Source of the DNA: Trichoplax adhaerens
Taxonomy: Eukaryota; Animalia; Placozoa
DNA: 64,000 nucleotides
Assembly: GCF_000150275.1 (NCBI RefSeq)
Contig: NW_002060974.1
Location: forward strand, 217,744 to 281,743
Reading direction: 5' to 3'
This document shows, piece after piece, positions 1 to 12,717 of this stretch. The notes under the pieces are model-generated. The model ran no database searches and was not told the origin of the DNA. It saw nothing but the letters and a program-made list of their open reading frames with translations. The translations under genes and the position numbers were made by a program. How positions within the stretch are numbered: the first letter of the stretch is position 1; each line of letters starts with the position of its first letter.

Positions 1-623
1 TACTAACATTACTTTATAAAGTAACAATTAATAGCATAAAGACGCGCTCAAAACTTATGCTTTGCAAGTAGAGACATTAAAGGGCTGCTTAAAAATGTAG
101 TAATCGGCTATGATGCAGTTTTTTGGAAAGCAAAGACACTCTGCATCAGGTCAAAAGGGTAGCCATTCAATCTATTTATATCATCAACTAAACTTAAGAG
201 ATAAACAGCGAATTCAAGATCGTATAAGCTAAATATTATTGTTAAATGGCAAGTCCATCTGATAAACTATCACTACTAATCAATCATGTTGTCATGAGTA
301 TTTTTTGATACTTAAAATTACCAAAAATTTACTGATTAAATCTGTCAGCTTATTATGTAGGTATTAATGAACAATGTATGTATGAAATGCTAAATGGCAA
401 ATGCTAGGCTAAGCAAAGCGTAACGTACCCGAATGAAAAGAAATAGATGAAGTCATGACCTAGCATTAAGATGCCGCTTAATTTCTTTTACGCATTGACG
501 CAAACACTCCCATGTTATCGTAAATGGCACTGTTTGATTTTACAATTTACTTTTACAAACAATGTACGATAAATTAATCCTATCGCGCTAGCCACAAAAC
601 GCAAATGTTGATAGGCATTGACA

Positions 624-1673
624 TTATGTGAAGGAACCAAAAAGGCTTGGGCACTGATTGTAATAGGATGGGCAACCTTTGTCCGGTATGCCAATCGCCG
701 ATGAGATGCTAATTTTCTTGGCATGGACTGATTTGCATTTAGCTTTCATCTTTTTATATTCTTCCGGTGAGCAGACTTTAACCAGTCTTTCCCACAACTA
801 CGTAGAAGAAGAAGAGAATCATATGAATATATTTTCGACAGGGCTTAATAAATAATTCGATATGCAATAGTAAGTAAATTGGTAATTTCATGTATAACTG
901 GGATGGTAGTTTTCGAACTATGCACTACAGGAATCTCTTTAAGATACGAATATCAAGTATTGTAATCTTTATATTAATCATAATATTATTATAAATTGCA
1001 AGTGGCAAACTTCATTCTCTATCTTGTATAACAGTGTTATAGATGACATTATGCTTAAGGCACTTCTATTTTGTGGATACTATAAGGTAACGCTAGTTTC
1101 TTGTATTAATAAGTTTGCATGACAAAATAGGATAATCATCTACTGGATGTACTATCTTACAATTTTCTTAAAAGCTTTCTTTTTCTTTTCTGCCCCATTC
1201 TCGTTTTCGTCATCACTATCGTCATCATATCCTCTAACGTAGATCTCTCCGTTTTTACAGTATTCACCACCTCCATTTATTTGTCTACAAATTTTGGACG
1301 GCTTTTTGCAAAGTAAGTATGATTCCTTAACATCAACAGTTTCGATAGGACATTCTTTCAGCTGTCCTTCCTCATCGTAATGATCAGGGCTATAAGTATC
1401 TGTCACTGATGCTTGCCTAGCGAAACAGACACTTTTCTTTTCAGTCATTTTTTCTCCGCATGCTTCGAGGCAAGCTTTCTTTCTCAAGCAGGAAGATTTC
1501 AAAATGCTTTTTACCATTGCTTTATCCGTGTCAAGGCTGTTACATCTGACCAAATTTAACTTTGAGGCGGACAATCCGCAATCCTTTTGTTGTCCCTCTT
1601 CTTTGGATTCTGAAAACGACTGCGAAGAACGCTGACGTTGATTCAGGTTGCGAAACATTTCACAAGGATCCAT
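624..1673 (-). CDS. Two-exon gene for a ~228-aa, probably disordered protein with PP1-docking motifs (SILK + RVxF + neurabin-like TYSxxxYD)
   Basis: The ORF 1673-1152 has a phase-0 donor (ATT|GTAAGA) after 1161. A strong polypyrimidine acceptor (TTCTTCTTCTACGTAG|) opens exon 797-624, which is open in frame for 57 codons (LWERLVKVCSPEEYKKMKAKCK...GSFT*). Motifs KSILK and KKSVCFARQASVTDTYSPDHYD are present. Confidence 0.7.
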
Positions 1674-4445
1674 GGTGTTTTGATATTATCAAACTCTTCT
1701 TTTCAATTATTCAGAAGGTTCTTGCAATGATCTATACGAAAGTAAAATAATACTAATTAGCAGCTGAAGGTAAAATATCCTTTGGAATAATGATATCATC
1801 ATAAAACAATTATATTATTATTTGTTACAGTTTAAAATTATTTCATGATCATTTCCTTCAATTCTTGGAAGCTTTACTTTCTATGTGAAATATACCGTGT
1901 TTACATTACAGTTGTATTCTTCCAGCAGTATAGGAATTAGATTTGTTATTGTCTGTATGGCTTCAAAGCATAAACATACACTGCAATTATGAATTGATTC
2001 ATGACAGCATGATAAAAGGTGATGTTTACTGCATATGATAGTGCTCGTATCGCATAAACATTAACATGTACAAGTAGCATAGATACTGTTACTTTTATCT
2101 TCATCTCAATGTTATTAGTAGAAATTTGTTGACGAAGAAGTTTGTTGGCCAAAATACAGTGATGCTGTCGTCAATGATAGATAAATAATAATGAACTTAC
2201 TGTAGGATCAAAATATACTATTTTGTTGCTTTATCTTTTCTTAGTTTAGCATTCCATGATACAATAATCATTTAAAACATTAGCATCGCCAGCATCGCAC
2301 TAGATCTGGATCTGTAGCACGCACGAAACATTGCTAAATCAGAGTTCTTATACGTATACAGACAATGTGAGAACAGATACAGAAGAAACGTTCGATTTAC
2401 AAGTAAAATGGTACAGTTCTGTTAGTCAAGGTTCGATATTCTAGTATGCTGAAATCTTGACCGTGGTGTCATTGCTGTCTGTGCACTTTTATCCTAAGCA
2501 ATATGTTGCAGGTCAATTTGTTAAGGAATAATAAAATGCCATATACTGCGATCTCTAACTTTCATCGAGTGATGATCAAATTATTGTAATGTTATAGCAT
2601 CACGGAACTTTATCATAAAGCAAAGATTGTTATGTATCATTAGTATTATTGGAGGGTACATACGTTATAAATAAATAAATTAATTGGCATATTTAAGATA
2701 AAGGGGAAGTAAAACGTCACGGATGTAATTTAAGATCAGGGCGAAGATTACGCTTCTTAAAAAGAGTTTTTAAAGGCGTGAATATGCTTAGACGTCTTTA
2801 TGCTTCTTGTAGATAGTTATAAGACCGTGCATTTTAGCGGAATAAGTAATACGGAATGACTATATCGTTGGCTAAAATAACAATAATTTATTAGAAGTTA
2901 GGGTGGGGAATTTTAAAATTGTTCATTTTCGCCATGAATCAGAGAAGAACAATCATCATGGGTAATCTTCGTTGGGTGTTGAACTATCTACATCAACAAC
3001 ATATCAACAGTCTTTATTGGTGGATCAATGTTATTATCATGTTACGTGAAATACTGTTTAATCGGTGCGTTATAAAATTTTAAATTATGATAAGATTGGC
3101 ATTGCCCTACGGTATATGGAGTGGGTCATTTTTGCCTTAAATTATATAAATTGTTATTCGTTAACAAATGTTACTAAAGGGATGATTAAGATGAAAGTGT
3201 ATTGTCGTCCATTTGTAGTTGAAAGGGTTTTGACGGTACATTTTGCGCACATAAACAAATCTTTGTAGTTCAAAGGATTTGATGGTACATTTTATGTAGA
3301 TTAATAAATCAATTTGTTTGCCTAATGACGGGACGCGAGATACAGTGGGTCATCAAGAAAAAGATACTACAAGTACAATTGCAACCAAATTGTATCGGAA
3401 TTTTCTTTCGTTAAGAAATATTGTAGCGTACAAATTCTTCTTCTTATTATTAAACTATTTATCCAGATATTGTAGTGGATTATTTTGGATGGATAAATTA
3501 CAAGTACTCCCGGTTTAAACTATCGTAATGGATCAGTGCTGCAAGAAAAAACATAAAGGGATCAAAGAGTAATCGTATTTATTCAGTGTTGTTATCTAGA
3601 ATTTATTAACTATTATTATTATTACCGTATCAATCAATTTCGATCATGCTCCAATGATTGAGCATTATGAATGTATCTAAATAGAAGCTATTGGCTGGTT
3701 AATTCGATCATGTAATTTATAACTTGGTGTTTATAGTGTTAAGTTATTGATATCGTAGACAGGGACTAAAGTTAGTTCTATTTATTGGAGTTGCGAGTGC
3801 TTTACAATACTTGGTGTAGATGATGTTGTTCCAGGTTTCAAGCGACGCTGTTCTTTTAAAAGGAATTTAGGCCAGTTGATATAGTAAGTAATGTTGCCAC
3901 TAGAGTAGTGTCGTATTATACCTACAGTATGCATAGTGGAGATTGATGAACATGTCCCTCATTACGATGGAAGTCCGTAGAGTAGACAATTTGGATCGAT
4001 GAACACATTATCCATCGAGAATGCTTTGATTAGGGCTTATCTTATTGACTTCTGTTTATCAAAATAAATTACTACTGAGCGGAACAATTTTATCCATTTC
4101 CCAAGTGAGTGGAGTCATAGCTAAGATCGGATCATGACTAGAAAATAGTTATTGATGTTCGTTTAGTATGATAACATTACCGATGCACTTTTTTTTTGTT
4201 TTGCTATTTCGCGGTCAAGTTAATTATTACTGTACTGTATAATTATGCCGTTAAAGATTCATTACTATCAACAAGGAAGCGACTTTAATCATGAAATACT
4301 GTAGGTAGAAATGAGATACAAATTGTTATGACAGGAGAATATGACTATTTTATCGTACATGCTTACGGATGAAAGGTAACAGTTAGTAGCATCTAGCGTT
4401 GTAGGAAGGAACAACTTCAAGAATTTTGACAACGATGATCTGTAA

Positions 4446-5075
4446 TTATCAGAGCTTGATATCCGTGTTATCGACTATTTTAGCACATTTCCTTTATCTA
4501 TCGTAGAAGGTTATTGATTAACAGTTTATTCATCGCGTACGGGCCTAAGATTATCTAAATTCAGATGTAGTCGATTGGCGATACATGAAGTTACTACTAT
4601 TGTACTTTAGTGCACATAACATTAACGTCATTAATGATCAGTGCTTGATATCCATGTTATCGACTATTTTAGCACATTTCCTTTTATCTATCGTAGAAGG
4701 TTATTGATTAACAGTTTATTCATCGCGCACAAGCCTAAGATTATCCAAATTCAGATGTAGTCGATTGGCGATACATGAAGTTACTACTATTGTACTTTAG
4801 TGCACATAACATTAACGTCATTAATGATCAGTGCTTGATATCCATGTTATCGACTATTTTAGCACATTTCCTTTATCTATCGTAGAAGGGTTATTGACAT
4901 TCCATCGTTTGCCGATCCATGGAGTTACTATTCTACAGCAGTTTAGTGCACATCATGTTAAAGTAATGATCAGTGCTTGATATCCTTGTGATCGATCATT
5001 TTGGCACATTTCCTTGATCGATGATGGAAAGGTTCTTCACAGTCGATCCATTGCCGTAACGGTCTAAGATAAACT
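4446..5075. repeat. Tandem array, ~190-bp unit, about 3.5-4 copies
   Basis: (G)ATCAG(T/A)GCTTGATATCC..TTAGCACATTTCC recurs at ~4447, 4636, 4826 and 4968. The first copies are near identical; later ones are diverged or shortened. Confidence 0.9.
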
Positions 5076-5310
5076 ATCAAGGTCACCGAGCACAACAGCG
5101 GCAGTGGAAACGACATCACCCTGCGGTATGGGCGCGTTTAAATAGGATCTCCATCACGTATGGCAAAATATGTCGGCATGCTGGAAGCCATTTTCTGGGT
5201 GGTTATTGTCATACAGTAGTATCGTTAACGAGCGCATTAGGGAGTGTTATAACTCGGTCTTCCTTCTTGGACTACTGTAATCTTGGAGATAAATTAGTTA
5301 GACTAATCGC

Positions 5311-5480
5311 GACCCCCCCCCCCCAAAAAAAGGAAAAAAACAAAAAGATTCCACGATAAAGATACTCATGCTCCTGTTGGCCTTGATTGATTGAACACTA
5401 TGTTGCAGGCTACATCTAGAGTATAAAAGCTGCAAATTGATATTGAGTATGGGTGGTTTAGGGACATACTGCAAGATGGG
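5311..5480 (+). promoter_or_regulatory. Possible TATA promoter (C12 run, TATAAAAG)
   Basis: C12 at 5313-5324 and TATAAAAG at 5422-5429. No convincing CDS lies directly downstream. Confidence 0.3.
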
Positions 5481-6335
5481 ACATTAAGTAAACAGTAGGG
5501 ATGTTTACGTCCTTGCAGATAATGCATTGGAGTAGGATTTGGGTGCGCGATAAGGTGAAAATGGTGTCCAAAAGAGCGGTTGTCATTGTCGGCGAATGTA
5601 CTTTTAAGGCTATCTGTTATCCTATGACAGGAAAAGGAAAACTAAGTTCTGTTCTTACCGATCTACTTTCTCCACGATCAGCCAACTTAATCGCTTTTGC
5701 GGTCACGTATCGATTTCTACCGACCAAATGCTTTTTCGATGCGCCTATTGTTGTTGTTGTTGTTGTTGGCGAAAAAATACATGGAAACGATCTTCTCTTT
5801 TTTACCTCGTTAAGGTGAAGAAAGAAAAGTTGAAGGAAGCAATACGATAGCGAGTACAGTAGACTGCTATGTCCAATGATGTCTTATAAACCGTTTTCAC
5901 TTTCTTAATCAGAATAAAACTGTCCCAGATTCAACTAATAGAGTCAAGAAACAGCCCAATGATGGCAAAGGGAACCTCCTTGTACGCTCTGTTTTAATGT
6001 AGACTGACCCCTCAGGTCACGCACTACTCGAAATTTCTATACTCAACACTGGCTGGACAGCATAGTACAGACGGACAGGATGGACAGCAGTGTCACGTTA
6101 GCGGATAACCCGAACTGTCGAGTCACTCTAGTCTACTGTACTGTGTACGTGACTGACTGACTTGATCACTCTCATCTCGTGCTAATATGCTGCCAAACAC
6201 CTGATTTTGACAGTACTTTAGTATGGAGACGATCCATTTCAAATGGACTCATTTTTGGGGTCAATTAAGTGATCCTATTACATTGAATCTTATTATCGGT
6301 TACTAAGTTCTGCTTGGGAACAGGCATCCTATCGG

Positions 6336-7245
6336 ATATATGGCGCAAATGCATTTCAACAACAGTTCTGTAAGATCGCCGATATTATTTCAATTAGTAC
6401 CAATGATTTGGAAAATAGACACGGAAGCTGCATACAAAGTCATCATGCCAATGATTTCCACAGCCTCATTATACGCATCCGTCTGTCTGGGTTAACCATG
6501 GACCTCTAGAATCCGCGTTGTACAAGTCCGTCCGTCCACGCGATTGATGGTTTGATTGGTGAATGGTGATGCTTGGGGAAGAAAAGTCCGTCTGTCTGGT
6601 CTTCTTCTAGCGGTCCATAGTTGAACCATGGATCTCCAGAATCCGCATTGTACACGTCCATCCGTCCATGCGCGATGGATGGTCTGATCTGTGGACCAGC
6701 TTAGAAAATGATAATCATATATGGCGCAAATACATTTCAACAACAGTTCTGTAAGATCGTCGATATTACTTCAATTAGTACCCGTGATTTGGAAAATAGG
6801 CACGGAAGCTGCATACGAAGTCATCATGTGAATGATTTCCACAACCTCATTGAGGAAGAAAAGTCCGTCTGTCTGGTGTTCTTCTAACAGTCCATGGTTT
6901 AACCATGGATCTCCAGAATCCGCATTGTACACGTCCATCCGTCCATGCGCGATGGATGGTCTGATCTGTGGACCAGCTTAGAAAATGATAATCATATATG
7001 GCGCAAATAAATTTCAACAACAGTTCTGTAAGATCGTCGATATTACTTCAATTAGTACCAGTGATTAGGAAAATAGACACGGAAGCTGTATACGAAGTCA
7101 TCATGCCAATGATTTCCACCACAGCCTCATTGAGGAAGAAAAGTCCGTCTGTCTGGTTTTCTTCTAGCAGTCCATAGTTGAACAATGGCGCATTGTACAC
7201 GTCCATCCGTCCATGCGATGGATGGTCTGATCTGTGGACCAGCAT
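6336..7245. repeat. Tandem array, ~277-bp unit (first copy 381 bp with an internal duplication), 3 copies
   Basis: ATATGGCGCAAAT..CAACAACAGTTCTGTAAGATCG occurs at 6338, 6719 and 6996. The copies share a GTCCATCCGTCCATGCG..ATGGATGGTCTGATCTGTGGACC block. Confidence 0.92.
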
Positions 7246-7649
7246 AAAAAATGATGATGACAGGATGTTGATGGCACAAAATGGAGCAGCATACTAGCAG
7301 CTAAGTTGGTTCTATTAGGATACGAGTAGCAGTCTACACAGTACAGTATAGTACACCCCGCTGCAGACATGGACCATCATTGAAATGACCAGTAAAATCA
7401 TCAGCCTCCACGCTTTTAGAATCGTAAATTAGCGTTTCCGGTCGCTCTCTTTCTCTTGCTGACCATCGTCGATGATCTGCACTGCGCAGTACAGTACAGG
7501 ATGTCACATAGACTTCTACAGATTGGTATACTGTACTCTACAGTGTGCGATAGGCATACTGGACTGTACTGGACTACACGCTGACTGGATAGTTCACTCA
7601 AAAAGTCCAAACACTTCCACGTAGTAGCTAATTCGAAAATTTTGCTATC

Positions 7650-10600
7650 ATGGGCTTATGCAAATGTCCGAAGAGGAAAGTCACCAATTTATTTTGTTTC
7701 GAACATCGTGTCAACGTTTGTGATCATTGCTTAGCTATAGATCACTACGCTGTAAGTTATGATTAGACCTTTGATAGCTCTATTGTAATCAAATACTCCA
7801 TTTTGCTATCCTTGATGTAGAGTAAAATAGAGCCAATAGCAGATTGTCTGTGCAATGCCAGACAAGAAGCGATCCAAATCGAGGAGGACTTTATACATTG
7901 TGTTATCATTAGCCTTGATGACCAAGGGTAGACAAGCTTGTCCTTGATAATTGGCAATGAATTGCTTGGTCTACCCATTTTGACTACTGTATCTCCTTCC
8001 TCCTCTTTCCATCGTTAAAAGACGAGTACAATCGAGTTTCATGGATAGTCGACGATAGTGAATACCATAGCGTCCAGTACAGTAGATTTGGGTGAATATT
8101 GGCGTTGATGGATTAATATTCTTACATTATATACCAAGATATTTCTGGAGTCTTTCTAAAAGACGTTGAATAATCTTGCATAGGCAGTCAGTAGTCAGTA
8201 CTTGTGTACAACTACATGCGTATCATGATCCACCAATTCCTCATTATTGAACTCAATCCCTCCCCAATTTCTCTTCGACTGTAGCAGCAAAAAGTCGTAG
8301 AGTGAGCGATAGGAGCAGAATGGTATAGCGTACAGTAGACGTATTTCAATGAACTCGATATACATCAGAAGAAGTCAATACTGGAAAGGCTACAAAGCAC
8401 TACAGTACTGACTATCGATGATAAAATAAATACTACACTTACAACTTATTGACATTCTACGGCTATTCAATTTATGCAGTCGTCAAGATTGCACAAACAA
8501 TAACATTCATCGCCATTATGGGCAATCATCGGATGATGATCGATCCATTGGCAGTCGATTGGTAAAATACCCGTACAGCAGTGTTTTCCGTCTTCCTTCT
8601 TATTCACTCCCAGATCCAAAATCAAGTCAACTCTCCCAATCCGACTCGATACGATCGCAAAATACGGCCGTACAGTAGCCATTACAAATAGTATCTTGAT
8701 CGCTTCATACTTTCCAGTATACTGATGGATCTGGTTAGCAATATCATGAAATGTTGCATCGCATCTACTTACCCTTTTATATGACGTTCAAAAGTAAAAG
8801 TACCTGCCCTTCTTATAGCTAACGATCAGTTGCAATCAGGCCAACAATCTAAGCAATGCACGAATCAATCAGTCTTCTAGTTATTACGTTACGTGTTTAC
8901 TACGTTTATTAATGCATATTTGCTACAAAATTACTTCGAAGTGGATTACCGGTATCAATCTCATTATTTCATTATGAACGATGGTTTTACATATGCATTG
9001 AAGGTAGCAAAGATTCGCTTGCGTGATACATAATATTGCCTATGTAGTATGCATTGAAGGTAGCAAAGACTCGCTTGCGTGATACATAATATGCCTATGT
9101 ACTATCAAAGATAACTAATCATTTTCGTCCATGGACAATTTTTTTAATATTAGTGTGCGGTTAAATCGTATCTCAACTGGTTGCAAGATAGCGACTATGA
9201 TACCAACTGTGGATATTGCAAGAAGAATCTACATGGGAATGGTGAAGTTGTGAGATTACTATGCTTAGGTAACTGTTTTCATCTCCGCTACAACTCGTTG
9301 AATTACTGCATTTGGTTATACTGCTTTGTAGAATTGACAGAGTAAAAGCAATGTAGGCTTGATTGACCTTAATAGACGCCTACATTCTTATTCAGTAATT
9401 TGCTAGTAGCAAATCTTGATCATATTTTGCATTACATAATGCTTATTTTTGATATACTGCATAATGTAGACTGCAGATGCTACATATCTTATTCAATGAT
9501 GATTAATATTAATGAAATTCTTGTCTATTTCAGATATCTTTCATTTAGAATGTTTGAGTAACTATGGCATTAATGGCCATTTTGATCAAAATAATTTACA
9601 AGATTTTAAATGCCCACAGTGCGATGTAAGTAGGTATAGCATAACGCTATGTACCTGTAGTATCGTTTTGAATTGCTATTAAGCATGCTTTATATAGTAT
9701 CTTGGAATAATTAATAGAAGGCAAATGTGTAGCGGTTGTTGGTAACATCAACACTTTTACTTTGCAAAGTAAAATATAGTCTAACTCTCTATAAACCTTA
9801 CCTGATACAGTATACTGGGAACGTATATAATTAATAAGTATAACTCGAATGCATTGATCAAACCGTAGCTTTCGAATACAAAGTAGAAAATTAAAAATTT
9901 TTATCTTTTGTTATGAATATAACGAACTGAATTTAATTTAAATCTTAGACCTAAGTATGATCGTTGTGAGATTAAAACTATGCACTACCTGTTATACACT
10001 TTGATTATAGCATTCAGTAGTTTCAAACGACTGGGTACTGTTCTTATAATGTATTCACCATCGGATCGGACGATTGACGATATACATTAATATACTAGTA
10101 ATCATCATTGTTTATCATTTTTTGCCTATTGCTTGTACATTTAAATTGTTGGTTTGAATCAATTATTATAATAGATTGTTTCCAAGTTGATTATCCTATA
10201 AGTAAGATTTAATAATATTATGAGGATTATCCCAATGGTAATAGACACACTGTCCTTGTACAAATATTATATGTCATCATTTACAAATTTAGGCCAAAAT
10301 CATCCAAAATGATCGGTTAAATTCAATACTTGGACAAAAATTAACGGAAAAAATTGCGAAATCTTCTTGGGGCAAATTAATTGGCATTTTTGGTGACAAT
10401 GGCACATCAAAAAAAGAAACAGTAAATTTAAATGTTCGTTCTGATTTTCGACACAAAAGTTGTAATTTATTTTAGTAGTGTTAGATTTGTTATTTTGCAT
10501 GTGTTCTTATATTATAATATTAATTTTATAGGCTTCTGATAGTAAGGTATTAGAGGTACAGAAAATGAATAAAGAAGAGGGGGAACCGAAGGATGTATCG

Positions 10601-11533
10601 AAAAGCATGATTGTACAAACAACTGGTAACCACAGTCCAGTTGCAAATCCTATCGGTAAATTAATGTTCCACTATATAGACTTGTCTAGAAGAAACATGG
10701 TTACTCAAGCTTAAGCTAGAAATAATGTCTTTTACTGCAATTTACTAGCTTATTCTGCACAAGCGATGAAAATTGAAGAACCATCTGATGCCTCTAATTC
10801 AAATTCGAATCAAGTACAATTTTCTTCACCAAATTTGTCATCAAATCTGCCACCGAATCCGCTGCAGTTTTCATCAGTAGCGCAAATGGAACCTGACGAC
10901 GCACGAACGAAATTGGTGACTTCGACTGTTGAGAAGTTACGGAACAATCCTGAGACTGATTCTCTAAATGAAATTCATCAATCATTGCCTCAATTTTTTC
11001 CGATGGCCGTTGATGTTGCTTCAGGTGCGATTACATGTTATTAAAATGCTAACGAGTTTACGGAGATAAATTATGGCTATTTTTTGTTTTTGATACCTGT
11101 ATGTGCTCGGAATACTTTTCAGTTCAAACATCTAGAAAATTTAGTCGAGATCAAAAAAGTAGGGATTCTTATAAGGTAGATATGCCTGCAGATGATCCAG
11201 ATGATCCAGATGAACATAAGTATAAGAGGCGAAGCCCATTTGTTTGGCTATCAAGGCTAATAAAGTTAGTGTAATCAGAATTCTTGCTGTAAAGATTTTA
11301 TTAGGTGTAGTGATGTATTTCCTAAGGATCTTTCAACAATCGTTGACGTTATTATAATTATTCATAGGACACAACGATCTCAAGTAACCTTATTGCCTGG
11401 CGATGTTCGCAAAATTAGAAAATACTGTATGGCATTTTTAGTGATATTCATCTTCATTATGATAGTATATGTAGCTTCAACACGTACTATTGATGAGGAT
11501 CCATTTGCTATACAAAAACAGGGACAACTTTAG
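7650..11533 (+). CDS. ZFPL1: Zinc finger protein-like 1 (cis-Golgi membrane protein; N-terminal Zn-binding and RING/PHD-like domains, C-terminal TM helix)
   Basis: Exons: 7650-7751 ([27 protein letters not shown]), 9154-9268 ([19 protein letters not shown]), 9534-9625 ([14 protein letters not shown]), 10293-10421, ~10532-10655, ~10750-11023, ~11123-11264 ([17 protein letters not shown]) and ~11369-11533 (hydrophobic [18 protein letters not shown]). Introns are GT-AG. The N-terminus matches the ZFPL1 family signature. Confidence 0.93.
8993..9100. repeat. Tandem duplication of ~56 bp in ZFPL1 intron 1
   Basis: ATGCATTGAAGGTAGCAAAGA(T/C)TCGCTTGCGTGATACATAATAT occurs twice in tandem. Confidence 0.9.
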
Positions 11534-12717
11534 CATTATTTGAGATATCATTAATATTAGCCAATATTAGAATTTAATGGAATGAACCCATTATAACGAT
11601 ATCGTGCAATTATTAATACTACAAAATGAATCTGTATTTATAAGATTTTTCTGCAAGATCATTTTCTGAATTCGATGAAAGTTACGATGATTCTAATTTT
11701 TAGATATTTCCTTAAAATATTGATGTTACTAAAATTTCTAGTTGCCGTTTGAATGGTGGCTTTTTATTATTATACTGTATATAAGTACGTATGTATTGTT
11801 GATTTTAGTGATTAGTCAATAAGATAATCGTATATGAAGCGTGTTATGCTATGCTTTGATTAAATTTTCAAAAAATGTGTGATAGTAGCTGTGTTCGGGT
11901 TATAAAATGACCACAGCACACCTATATAATATTATGAGAGGTGATGGTACTAAATCGTTGCATCCACTACTGATGTTGGCGTTTGTATTATATTATTCTT
12001 TATCTTCTAAATTTTTTAAATTATGCTAAGGTGGAAATGTCTTGAGTTGGTTGCTGTTGATATATAAAATAATATCACTCATACGAGTATATGTATATAG
12101 ATATTATATATTTGTATAATGTACGTGGCGCTTTTTAAAATATCCATTGTATGAAAATTGCTAACCTGTCGATGAAGGATTAGAAATTTTCTTTTGATTT
12201 AATAGTAAGATTATGGACGAAATTATACAAGCATATATGATAATAACTATCTGCGGACGTTAGTTTTTATTGTGTTGTAATAAAGTAATTAAATTACAAA
12301 ACATCTATAATGTGTAGCTACTACATCAGTCCGGCTACTATTTGGTATCTATCCTTGACGACATGATCAGTCGTTTGCAGCATTTACATTATCATTTACA
12401 ACAAGCTATATGACTAAACAATACTATAACATTTTTACTTTGATACGGTTTATACACTGATAGAAATATCTGAGAACATATTTATACCCATTTTACATAA
12501 GCTGGTTATAGCAAGGCATTCTAGTATGATCGGTGCAATAGAAATGAGCAAATTTAAAATTTTACTGCTTATTGTACAATAAAGATGTATATTTTCAAAA
12601 TATGGCTAATTCCATAAATAGGTACATTTATAAAACGATAAGTTAAAAGCACACAAAAATAATTAAATTTGTTTCCGTCTACAAATAGTTTTATATATAA
12701 TACATTAACTTTCTTTT

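Noticed and set aside
5501-5818. 105-aa + strand ORF
   Set aside because: It has no recognisable domain and includes a (GTT)n microsatellite, so it is likely spurious.
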